Source of the DNA: an uncultured Flavobacterium sp.
GTDB taxonomy: Bacteria; Bacteroidota; Bacteroidia; Flavobacteriales; Flavobacteriaceae
NCBI GenBank assembly: GCA_913061465.1
Contig: CAJXSU010000005.1
Location: forward strand, 504 to 64,503
Direction of reading: 5' to 3'
DNA length: 64,000 bases
The notes beneath the pieces were generated by a model. That model was not told the origin of the DNA. It saw only the letters and a program-made list of their open reading frames with translations, and made no database searches. The position numbers and the translations under genes are program-made. How positions within the stretch are numbered: the first letter of the stretch is position 1; each line of letters begins with the position of its first letter. Positions 40,858 to 49,528 of this stretch are shown one piece after another.

Positions 40858-41004
40858 ATAACTATAGTATTCTGTGCTCGCAATATACAAATTAGCATTC
40901 AGAAATTTCAAGATTAAAAAATTGATAAACTTAATTTTATCCTAAAATAAATTCCATTATTTCTGCAAAAAAAAGATGTATTGAATTCACAACTAAAAAA
41001 TTTA

Positions 41005-41409
41005 TTAATTGTCAATTTCTTGACAGAGCTCTATTAAAACTCCATTACTAGATTTTGGATGTATAAAAGCCACAAGTTTATTATCAGCTCCTTTTTTGGG
41101 AGTTTCATTTAAAATAACAAATCCCTCTTTTTTAAGGCGCGCTATTTCTGAGATAATATCAGAAACTGCAAATGCAATATGGTGAACACCTTCACCTTTT
41201 TTTTCTATAAACTTTGCTATTGGACTTTCAGGGTTTGTAGCCTCTAATAATTCTATCTTATTTGGTCCAGCTTTAAAAAAGGAAGTTTTTACTCCCTCAC
41301 TTATTACTTCCTCAATTTTATAATGAGCAACACCAAATAAACTAGCAAATAAGGCATTAGAAATTTCCAAATCTTTTACAGCTATTCCAATATGTTCAAT
41401 TTTATCCAT
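41005..41409 (-). CDS. mce: Methylmalonyl-CoA epimerase
   Basis: IEHIGIAV, KIELLE, GEGVHHIAF, FIHPKSSNGVLIELCQ. Confidence 0.93.
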   Translation of the reverse strand: MDKIEHIGIAVKDLEISNALFASLFGVAHYKIEEVISEGVKTSFFKAGPNKIELLEATNPESPIAKFIEKKGEGVHHIAFAVSDIISEIARLKKEGFVILNETPKKGADNKLVAFIHPKSSNGVLIELCQEIDN

Positions 41410-41430
41410 TAGTTTTAATAAGAATATAAG

Positions 41431-41490
41431 ATTGCTTCCGCAACAGCTTACCCGAAAAGATATATTATCTTTCTAGGTATCTCAAAAGTA
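41431..41490 (-). promoter_or_regulatory. mce promoter (-7 TACTTTTG, 41483-41490) and structured two-hairpin 5' leader
   Basis: Minus-strand stem TACCTAGAAAGATA/TATCTTTTCGGGTA with G-U pairs, and a TTGC-GGAA-GCAA GNRA hairpin. Confidence 0.55.
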
Positions 41491-41524
41491 AGGAATGTTT
41501 TGTTAATTATTGTAGATTTGCAGC

Positions 41525-41920
41525 ATGGAAGAAACGAATAGACAACGAAAAATTGCAGGTGTTTTACAAAAAGATTTGGTAGAGGTTTTACAAAAAGCCG
41601 CCCAAGACGGAATGCAAGGTGTTATCATATCTGTTTCAAAAGTTTCAGTTACTCCAGATTTAGGAGTTGCAAAAGTATACTTAAGTGTTTTTCCATCTGA
41701 TCAAAGAAAAGCCATTATTGATGGTGTAAAATCTAATTCACCTTTAATTAGGCATGAGTTAGCAAAAAGAACTCGAAATCAATTAAGAAGAATGCCTGAA
41801 TTACTTTTTTTTGGTGATGATTCTCTAGATTATATTGAAGAAATAGATAAGTCTTTGAGAGGTGAGGATATAAATCCTATAGAAGATCCAAGTATCTTGC
41901 CAAAACGAAAAAAACAATAA
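41525..41920 (+). CDS. rbfA: Ribosome-binding factor A
   Basis: VSVTPDLGVAKVYLS, QLRRMPELLFFGDDSLDY. Confidence 0.95.
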   Translation: MEETNRQRKIAGVLQKDLVEVLQKAAQDGMQGVIISVSKVSVTPDLGVAKVYLSVFPSDQRKAIIDGVKSNSPLIRHELAKRTRNQLRRMPELLFFGDDSLDYIEEIDKSLRGEDINPIEDPSILPKRKKQ

Positions 41921-41932
41921 CAATTATTTCAT

Positions 41933-43135
41933 TTGAGTTTTCCATTATACATAGCCAAAAGATACCTATTTGCTAAAAGTGGAAATAACGCAATAAATAT
42001 TATAACCATTATTGCATCTATTGGTGTTGTTCTGGGAACTGCCGCATTGTTTATAATTCTTTCTGGTTTTTCAGGGTTACGAACATTTAACTATGCTCTT
42101 TTAGATAGTTCTGATCCAGATATTAAAATTTCAGCAACGAAAGGGAAAAGTTTTATTTACGATAATGCCATCAAAAAAGTTGTCTTGTCTTCAAAAGATA
42201 TCCTTGCTTTTTCTAAGGTAATAGAAGAACGAGTCTTTATTAAAAATGGTGAAAAACAACAAATAGCATTTATTAAAGGAGTTGATGATAACTATACCAA
42301 TGTAGTACCGCTAGATGATGCACTTCAGATAGGTACATGGTTGCAAAAAGAATATACGAACACCAGTGTGATAGGAAACAGTTTGGCATATAAACTATCT
42401 GCTGGAGTTGAAAGTTTTGGTGAATATCTAGAAATTTTAGTCCCAAAAAAAGGGACTGGATTTTTAAATCCAGCACGAAGCTTCAGAAGTATTAAAACTC
42501 AAATAGTGGGTACGTATTTTGGGACAGAAGAGTTTGAGAATACGTATGTTTTTGTGTCCAATTTTCAAGCACAGCAACTAGTAAACTATAAGGAAAATCA
42601 GTTTACAGGGATAGAAATAAAATTAATACCAAATAGTAACTCAGCTAATTTTGCAGCGTCAATGCAAGAGAAACTGGGTAGTCAATATAAAGTTAAAACC
42701 AAAGCTCAACTAAATGAGCTTTTTTATAAAGTAATTAATACAGAAAATTTTGTCTCCTACTTAATTTTTACATTGATTGTTATTATAGCTATGTTTAATA
42801 TAGTTGGTTCTATTATTATGATGATTATTGACAAAAAAAAGAATTTAAAAACATTGTTAAGCCTAGGCGCTACATTATCTGAAATAAAAAAGATTTTTGT
42901 GTTACAGGGTTTTTTGTTGACAATCATATCTATGACTGTTGGATTGTTTTTATCAGTGATTATTGTAATTATCCAACAAAAATTTCAAATTTTTATGATT
43001 ACATCTTCAATCCCTTATCCAGTAGAATTAAGGGGTTCAAATTTTTTGATTGTAATGATCACAATTACAGTACTTGGGTTTTTAGCAGCTAAGGTAGCTA
43101 GTAGTAGAATTTCAGCAGATTTTATTGATAAATAA
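41933..43135 (+). CDS. ABC permease, LolC/E (FtsX-like) family
   Basis: LYIAKRYL, N-terminal TM, large periplasmic domain, three C-terminal TMs, LSLGA; TTG start. Confidence 0.85.
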   Translation: MSFPLYIAKRYLFAKSGNNAINIITIIASIGVVLGTAALFIILSGFSGLRTFNYALLDSSDPDIKISATKGKSFIYDNAIKKVVLSSKDILAFSKVIEERVFIKNGEKQQIAFIKGVDDNYTNVVPLDDALQIGTWLQKEYTNTSVIGNSLAYKLSAGVESFGEYLEILVPKKGTGFLNPARSFRSIKTQIVGTYFGTEEFENTYVFVSNFQAQQLVNYKENQFTGIEIKLIPNSNSANFAASMQEKLGSQYKVKTKAQLNELFYKVINTENFVSYLIFTLIVIIAMFNIVGSIIMMIIDKKKNLKTLLSLGATLSEIKKIFVLQGFLLTIISMTVGLFLSVIIVIIQQKFQIFMITSSIPYPVELRGSNFLIVMITITVLGFLAAKVASSRISADFIDK

Positions 43136-43137
43136 TA

Positions 43138-44139
43138 CTATTTAAATGCTGGAATCATGGCATTGCCAAAGGTTTCTTGAACCACGTCAAAAGCAGTAAA
43201 TACATCTTTTGGATCGTCTGAGGTAACCATTTTTAAACGATGTTCTTTAAAATGAGGAATTCCTTTAAAATAATTGGTATAGTGTCTTCTAGTTTCTACC
43301 ACTCCTAAATGTTCTCCTTTCCAATCTATTGCCATTTGTAAATGACGACGGGCCATTTCTGTTCTTTCAGAAATTGTTGGTCCTACTAGATGCTCACCTG
43401 TTTTAAAATAATGTTTTACTTCGTTAAAAAACCAAGGGTATCCAATAGAAGCTCTTCCTATCATAGCTCCGTCTAGTCCATAGACATCGCGCATTTCTTT
43501 CGCTTTTTCTGGGGTAGTTACATCACCATTTCCAAACACAGGGATATACATTCTAGGATTATTTTTGACTTCAGCAATGGGTTTCCAGTCTGCGTCTCCC
43601 TTATACATTTGTGCACGAGTTCTTCCATGAATAGAAATAGCTTTACAACCTACATCTTGTAATCTTTCTGCAACTTCAACAATTTTTATCGAGTCATGAT
43701 CCCAGCCCAAGCGAGTTTTTACCGTAATTGGTAAATTGGTATGCTTTACCATGGCTTCCGTGAGAGATACCATCAAGTCAATATCTTTTAATATTCCAGC
43801 ACCGGCACCTTTAGAGACCACTTTTTTAACAGGGCAACCAAAATTAATATCTATAATGTCAGGATTTGTTTTCTCTACAATTTCAACAGAGCGTAACATC
43901 GAATCTAAATTGGCTCCAAAAATTTGAATTCCTACCGGACGTTCTTTTTCATAAATATCTAATTTCATGACACTTTTTGCAGCATCACGAATTAATCCTT
44001 CGGAAGAAATAAACTCAGTATAAACAACGTCGGCTCCGTTTTCTTTGCATAAAGCACGAAAAGGCGGGTCGCTAACATCTTCCATAGGTGCTAACAATAG
44101 TGGAAAATCTGGAAGTTCTATAGTGTCTATTTTTACCAA
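43138..44139 (-). CDS. dusB: tRNA-dihydrouridine synthase DusB
   Basis: LAPMEDVSD, IDINFGCP, TVKTRLGW, IHGRT, GNGDV, MIGRA. Confidence 0.94.
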   Translation of the reverse strand: MVKIDTIELPDFPLLLAPMEDVSDPPFRALCKENGADVVYTEFISSEGLIRDAAKSVMKLDIYEKERPVGIQIFGANLDSMLRSVEIVEKTNPDIIDINFGCPVKKVVSKGAGAGILKDIDLMVSLTEAMVKHTNLPITVKTRLGWDHDSIKIVEVAERLQDVGCKAISIHGRTRAQMYKGDADWKPIAEVKNNPRMYIPVFGNGDVTTPEKAKEMRDVYGLDGAMIGRASIGYPWFFNEVKHYFKTGEHLVGPTISERTEMARRHLQMAIDWKGEHLGVVETRRHYTNYFKGIPHFKEHRLKMVTSDDPKDVFTAFDVVQETFGNAMIPAFK

Positions 44140-44210
44140 ACTACATTATTTTTTTGCAAAATTAGTGTTTTTATTAATCAGAGTCCAAAACTGATCAATT
44201 CAAAAAATAA

Positions 44211-45062
44211 TTAAAAAACTCTAACTACATTAAATCCAAAAACCATATCTCCTTCGGCGCTACTCATAAATCCTGGTTCGTTACTAGATTGTGAGTTGGT
44301 AAATAATAACTGAAACACATGTCCGCCAGTTTCAATATCTAAACCAAAAGCATACGAATTATCAAAAGGAGAGCTTTTTGCTCTACTCATATTATAAACA
44401 TATTCTGCATTAAAACTTATACGTTTACTCAACTTATACCGTCCACCAAAACCAAGCGCAAATTGATTAAATTTTTCTTCAGGAACTACATTTAAATTTT
44501 GAAGATTTTCTCTGATATATGTTGGAGCAAGTTGAAAAGAAAATTTATCTGAAAACCGTCTTGACACCAATAATTGTGTTGCATAACTTTGACGATCGCT
44601 AGATTTTAAATCTGGGAAAATAGTTTCATCAATTAATGTATTTCTATTTACCGTTGCATAGGTTACGAGATTTACTGGAAAATCTTTAGATTGCCTTGCC
44701 AAACGTATTTTTGCTGATGCAGCTAAGGTTCTGTTGTACGATTCTCTACTAATGCTAAATTGAACACCCTCCCAAAAAGAGTATAACAATTGAATTTTAG
44801 TACTGGCTTCATCTAAGCCTAAAAAAGTATCAAATCCATCTTTCAAAGGACCAAATCTGTGTGAAACAATTAAATAAAAATCTCCTTGATCTGCCATTTT
44901 TGTAGATTGAAGATTTCCAATTTTCATGGCCTTAAATGCTGGCATTTCATAGGAACTGTCTTGGGTATTCTCGTTTAATTCATCTAGTAAATCGTCTTGG
45001 GCAAACAGGCTAGAAATACTAAATAAAAACGCACACAAAATAAGTAGGTCTTTTTTAAACAT
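44211..45062 (-). CDS. DUF5777-type outer-membrane beta-barrel protein
   Basis: Signal peptide then QDDLLDEL; VSHRFG, DIETGGHVFQLLFTNS, C-terminal FGFNVVRVF. Start reassigned to 45062. Confidence 0.75.
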   Translation of the reverse strand: MFKKDLLILCAFLFSISSLFAQDDLLDELNENTQDSSYEMPAFKAMKIGNLQSTKMADQGDFYLIVSHRFGPLKDGFDTFLGLDEASTKIQLLYSFWEGVQFSISRESYNRTLAASAKIRLARQSKDFPVNLVTYATVNRNTLIDETIFPDLKSSDRQSYATQLLVSRRFSDKFSFQLAPTYIRENLQNLNVVPEEKFNQFALGFGGRYKLSKRISFNAEYVYNMSRAKSSPFDNSYAFGLDIETGGHVFQLLFTNSQSSNEPGFMSSAEGDMVFGFNVVRVF

Positions 45063-45073
45063 AATAAAGTTGT

Positions 45074-45460
45074 TTATTGAATAATACATTGATCTAATTT
45101 TAATTCTTCTAATAAATCATCATATCCAATAATTCTTCCTTTTAAAGAAATATTATTTGAAGGATTTATTTTCTTAAGGTCATTTATTTGTTTTAGTTGA
45201 CAGTAAATTTTACTTGATAGCATAATCCCTTTGTCATCTATATTTGTTACTTCTCCAGTTACAATAACTATTTTATCTTGCCATTTTTCAGTATGATCTG
45301 TGATTTTGAGAAGTAATTCATCGGCAGATCCTGTAAAGTCTATTTTTTTATTTTCAATTGCAGTAGGGGGCTGCATGGCATATGTGTAAAAAGCAAAGCC
45401 AATAACGCTGAAAACGATTAGAACAGTAATGACTAACTTATTTTTTTTCAATAAACTCAT
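45074..45460 (-). CDS. Membrane-anchored OB-fold protein (tRNA_anti-like)
   Basis: N-terminal TM, KIVIVTGEV, IYCQ, ISLKGRIIGYDDLLEELKLDQC. Confidence 0.7.
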   Translation of the reverse strand: MSLLKKNKLVITVLIVFSVIGFAFYTYAMQPPTAIENKKIDFTGSADELLLKITDHTEKWQDKIVIVTGEVTNIDDKGIMLSSKIYCQLKQINDLKKINPSNNISLKGRIIGYDDLLEELKLDQCIIQ

Positions 45461-45983
45461 AGGCTAAAGAGATATTAATTGTTCCTGCTATTTTATCACT
45501 TACAATTTTGGGTATTTTAATATTAAAATCTTCTGGTTGAACACCAAAAGACGCCTCCATTAGAAGCTTATCTTCATTTTTTGAAAACGTTGCAAGTGTT
45601 TCAATCTTTTTTTCAACTCCTCTTACGGTTAATATTCCTTTAAGGAGAAGTTTTTTCTCAGTGCTTGAAATTTCCGAAAAATCAAAATCAGAGATCAGTC
45701 CCTTAAAAGTCGCTTTCGGGAAAGTGCCAGAATCCATATAGTTTTCATTAAAATGCTCCTGCATAAGAGCAACTCTAAAATTAAAAGCTTTTACAAAAAG
45801 TAGAGAGGCAATTTCTCCAGAATTTATATTTATAATTGCGGTAGTGCTATTGTTTGTTGCTTCTACTGGTTCAAAAGCTTGTACTGAAGCTTTGAATTGA
45901 GTATTCCCTGTTTTTGTATAATATTTTTGAGCAAAAGTTGAAAAACTTACCAATAAAAATAGTGTAATCGCTACTTTTTTCAT
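45438..45983 (-). CDS. YceI family (polyisoprenoid-binding) exported protein
   Basis: Signal peptide, LMQEHFNENYMDS, FPKATF, KGILTVRGVEK, DFNIKIP. Confidence 0.85.
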   Translation of the reverse strand: MKKVAITLFLLVSFSTFAQKYYTKTGNTQFKASVQAFEPVEATNNSTTAIININSGEIASLLFVKAFNFRVALMQEHFNENYMDSGTFPKATFKGLISDFDFSEISSTEKKLLLKGILTVRGVEKKIETLATFSKNEDKLLMEASFGVQPEDFNIKIPKIVSDKIAGTINISLAYEFIEKK

Positions 45984-45995
45984 GAGATTATATGT

Positions 45996-46340
45996 TTAGT
46001 TTTCAATGAAACCGTCCTCAGCCCATTGCTCTATAGTAGCAATTAAATCTGGCGCCATTGGACCACTCTGTGGCATTGGGTTAGAAATACTATTAATTCT
46101 ACTCAACAAATTTCCATTTTCAGTTGATGACCTTACATTTAAATACCCCTCAAGATTTAAACCTGCAGAGGGAAATCCACCGGCATGACATGGAAGACAA
46201 TTATTACTTATAATAATACTCACATCAGTATCATAGGTAACAGGTTCTGTTATGATCACTTCTTCAATAGTGGCTGTCGAGCAGCTACTGAGAGAGAGCA
46301 CAAGGATTAATGAACTTAGAATAAGGTATTTAGATTTCAT
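45996..46340 (-). CDS. Monoheme c-type cytochrome lipoprotein
   Basis: Lipobox LSSC, CxxCH (CLPCH), distal MP, C-terminal I.QW..DG as in planctomycete-type cytochrome c domains. Confidence 0.8.
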   Translation of the reverse strand: MKSKYLILSSLILVLSLSSCSTATIEEVIITEPVTYDTDVSIIISNNCLPCHAGGFPSAGLNLEGYLNVRSSTENGNLLSRINSISNPMPQSGPMAPDLIATIEQWAEDGFIEN

Positions 46341-46414
46341 AAATTCAACTACTTTGAATTATTAATAAATAATAGCACACTGAGCTATTGCAATTTAGTG
46401 TAAAAATTTTAAGA

Positions 46415-47638
46415 TTAAAACTCTATGACGGAACTAATCTCTTTATTTCCTCGTTTTACCATAACAGTTGTCTTATCTCCATTGTCAAAAACAGATAAGG
46501 CCCTCATATAACTCATCATATCTGTAACAACACTGTCTCCCAATTGAATTACGATGTCACCTTTTAGAAGCCCTCCATTTTCTGCTGGCCTTCCCTCCGA
46601 AACTCCATCGATTCGCATTCCTTTTCCATCAAATAAATAATCGGGAATTACTCCTAAACCAACTTTGAATCTTGGAGTACTTTCACTTTCGTTTTTAGTT
46701 TTTCTAAATGCTAATTTTCCATTGTCATCAAGATCAGAGATAATATCAAATATGTATTCAGAAATTATTTCCATTCCTTGATAGTTTAGTTTATCAGCAT
46801 CGTCACCTGGCTTGTGATAATCTTCATGTTGTCCCGTAAAAAAATGCAAAACAGGGATGTCTGCTAAATAAAAGCTAGTATGATCGCTTGGCCCAACTCC
46901 AGATTCATTTTCAATAAGTTTAAATTTATTGTTGTGAGCCTTCAAAACTTGTTTAAACATTGGAGATGTTCCTGAGCCATAAACGGCTAGTGCATTGTCT
47001 TTTTTTAATCTACCTACCATATCCATATTAATCATATAAGAGACAGCCTTGATGTTAATTGTTGGATTTTTCACAAAGTAATTAGATCCAAGTAATCCCA
47101 TTTCCTCTCCTGAAAAAGCAATGAACAAATAATTATTATTGGTATTAGTAGTATTTAATTTTCTAGCTAAATCTAACATAACGGCTGTTCCACTTGCATT
47201 GTCATCAGCTCCATTGTGAATTGCTTTTATAGAGTCTCTGAAGAGAGAGCCGTCACCGCCATATCCTAAATGGTCATAATGTGCTCCAATAACAATGGTG
47301 TTTTTAGCATCATTATTTATATACCCAATCACATTTCTACCGGTTATGGTTCCATCCTCATTTTTTGTAAATGTAACTTCAGAGTGAGGATCAGTTTTAG
47401 GAATAAAAGAAAATTCTTGATCAAAATTAGTAGTTCCTTTAGCTAGTAATCCTAAATCTTTAAATCTTTTAGCAATATAATCTGCAGCCTTCTTCTCACC
47501 TTCAGTACCTGTTTGTCTTCCCTCTAATAAATCATCAGCTAAGTAAACTACATCGGTTTTTATTTGACTTTTATTTGAAACTTCATTTGAACAAGAACCA
47601 CATAAAATTAAAAAGAATAAAATTGGAAAGTTTCTCAT
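46415..47638 (-). CDS. M28 family aminopeptidase lipoprotein with C-terminal PDZ domain
   Basis: GAHYDHLG, GADDNASG, FSGEEMGLLGS, NMDMVGR, SDH, HEDYH; PDZ LGVIPDY...GLLKGD. Start reassigned to 47638. Confidence 0.92.
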   Translation of the reverse strand: MRNFPILFFLILCGSCSNEVSNKSQIKTDVVYLADDLLEGRQTGTEGEKKAADYIAKRFKDLGLLAKGTTNFDQEFSFIPKTDPHSEVTFTKNEDGTITGRNVIGYINNDAKNTIVIGAHYDHLGYGGDGSLFRDSIKAIHNGADDNASGTAVMLDLARKLNTTNTNNNYLFIAFSGEEMGLLGSNYFVKNPTINIKAVSYMINMDMVGRLKKDNALAVYGSGTSPMFKQVLKAHNNKFKLIENESGVGPSDHTSFYLADIPVLHFFTGQHEDYHKPGDDADKLNYQGMEIISEYIFDIISDLDDNGKLAFRKTKNESESTPRFKVGLGVIPDYLFDGKGMRIDGVSEGRPAENGGLLKGDIVIQLGDSVVTDMMSYMRALSVFDNGDKTTVMVKRGNKEISSVIEF

Positions 47639-47685
47639 AAGAATAGTATTATTTTTGTTCAAAATTAAGCATTAAAAACAACGAT

Positions 47686-48780
47686 ATGAAATTTAGAGTA
47701 TTATCAATTTTATTACTAACTTTTCTTAGTATTAGTTGCACCAATACAGATGCTAAAAAATCAGACACTTTAGTGGCAGGTAATGATTCACTTATTTTTG
47801 CTGAAGAAGTTCATTTTAAGAGTATTCGTCAAATTACTTTTGGAGGGGATAATGCTGAGGCATATTGGAGTTTTGATGATCAACAATTAATATTTCAATC
47901 TAATAATAATGAATGGGGTGTTGAATGTGATCAAATGTTTTTAATGAACATTAATCAAACTTTTTCTGAAAAAGTTCCTCCAATGATAAGTACTGGGAAA
48001 GGCCGAACTACTTGTGCCTACTTTTTGCCAGATAATAAGCATTATGTATATGGTTCTACTCACTTAGGAGACGAAGAGTGTCCGCCGGCTCCTCTTCGAA
48101 AAAATGGGCGTTATGTATGGCCAATTTATGACAGCTATGATATTTTTGTTTCTGATTTAGAAGGAAATATTGTAAATCAACTGACTAATGAAAAAGGTTA
48201 TGATGCTGAGGCCACAGTATCTCCAAAAGGAGATAAAATAGTATTTACTTCAACTAGAAGTGGAGATTTAGAGTTGTATACTATGAATATAGATGGTTCA
48301 GATGTAAAACAGATAACTGATGAGTTAGGATATGATGGTGGAGCATTTTTCTCTCCAGATGGAACAAAACTAATTTTCAGATCATCTAGACCTAAGTCTG
48401 ATGAGGAAATAAAAGCATACAAAGATTTATTATCTCAGGGCCTGGTAGAGCCAACGGAGATGGAATTATATATCTGTAATTCAGACGGTTCAGATTTAAG
48501 AAAATTAACAAATCTAGGAAATGCGAACTGGAGTCCGTTTTTTCATCCATCAGGCAAGAAAATTTTATTTTCATCAAACTTTGAGGCTGAAAGAGGTTTT
48601 CCATTTAATCTATATATGATTGACTTGGATGGTAAAAACTTAAAAAGAATTACCCATGGTGAAACATTTGATGCTTTTCCTGTATTTTCAAATGATGGAA
48701 AATGGCTAGCATTCTCCTCTAACAGAAATAATGGAGGAGGGAGAGATACCAATTTGTTTATTGCTGAGTGGCAAGAATAG
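47686..48780 (+). CDS. TolB-like PD40 beta-propeller lipoprotein
   Basis: Lipobox SISC; repeats SPKGDKIVFTS, FSPDGTKLIF, FHPSGKKILFSS, FSNDGKWLAFSS. Confidence 0.88.
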   Translation: MKFRVLSILLLTFLSISCTNTDAKKSDTLVAGNDSLIFAEEVHFKSIRQITFGGDNAEAYWSFDDQQLIFQSNNNEWGVECDQMFLMNINQTFSEKVPPMISTGKGRTTCAYFLPDNKHYVYGSTHLGDEECPPAPLRKNGRYVWPIYDSYDIFVSDLEGNIVNQLTNEKGYDAEATVSPKGDKIVFTSTRSGDLELYTMNIDGSDVKQITDELGYDGGAFFSPDGTKLIFRSSRPKSDEEIKAYKDLLSQGLVEPTEMELYICNSDGSDLRKLTNLGNANWSPFFHPSGKKILFSSNFEAERGFPFNLYMIDLDGKNLKRITHGETFDAFPVFSNDGKWLAFSSNRNNGGGRDTNLFIAEWQE

Positions 48781-48786
48781 AGGAGG

Positions 48787-49377
48787 TTATTTTAATTCAA
48801 CAATGATCTCATTCTTTCTGTTAAAAACTTCCATTGGGGCATTGTATCCTAAAAAGTAAAAGTTATCAGTGTATTCTATCCCTTTAATATTTAAAGCGGT
48901 AATTAAATTCTTCTTAAAAGCTGCTATTTTTAAATCATTAGCCCAACCGCCAAAAGAAATTGCAGCCACTTTTTTTTCAGGTATATCTTTAAATTCTATA
49001 CTTGAGTCATTTGGTACTGGTAGATTATCTCTTGTATATTTTTTAGGAACTAGAAATAGCATTGTAGTAGAATCTTTCAAAGACATGGCTACTGGAGAGG
49101 TCATAGCTATTTTTTCTTCTTTGTCATTACCTCCAAAAATATACCCTGCTAAAACAGAAAAACCTTTACTAGAGGTTTTACGATAATTGTTGGAGGGCAT
49201 TTGAACTGAAGTAAATAAAGAAGCTTCATATTGCCGTATTTCAATGCTTTCATAGGTATCTATTACTTTAAAAGAGTAGGTTTCAATATTTCGTTGACTG
49301 TTTAAAAAAAAGAGTTGAGTGATAACAAAGAGTATTACAATAATGCTAAAAATTATTAAGATTATTTTCATCTTCAT
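48787..49377 (-). CDS. SOUL family heme-binding protein
   Basis: EIRQY, GFSVLAGYIFGGN..EKIAMTSPV, YNAP...RKNEI; N-terminal TM. Confidence 0.88.
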   Translation of the reverse strand: MKMKIILIIFSIIVILFVITQLFFLNSQRNIETYSFKVIDTYESIEIRQYEASLFTSVQMPSNNYRKTSSKGFSVLAGYIFGGNDKEEKIAMTSPVAMSLKDSTTMLFLVPKKYTRDNLPVPNDSSIEFKDIPEKKVAAISFGGWANDLKIAAFKKNLITALNIKGIEYTDNFYFLGYNAPMEVFNRKNEIIVELK

Positions 49378-49528
49378 ATTTAAAATATTTAAATTGAATT
49401 ACTAAGATCATATTTTTTTATTAAAATGGATTAGTTATAAACTTAAATTTGAACATTTTTCAGAAAATGTTTTTATTGTTTCGACTTTCTAAATCACTTA
49501 TATTTGCACCCTTAAAATAATGTAACGA

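Noticed and set aside
41432-41450. GCGGAAGCA resembling SRP RNA domain IV
   Set aside because: It lacks the CAGG...GGAAGGAAGCAG internal loop and the long SRP helix; treated as an mce leader instead.
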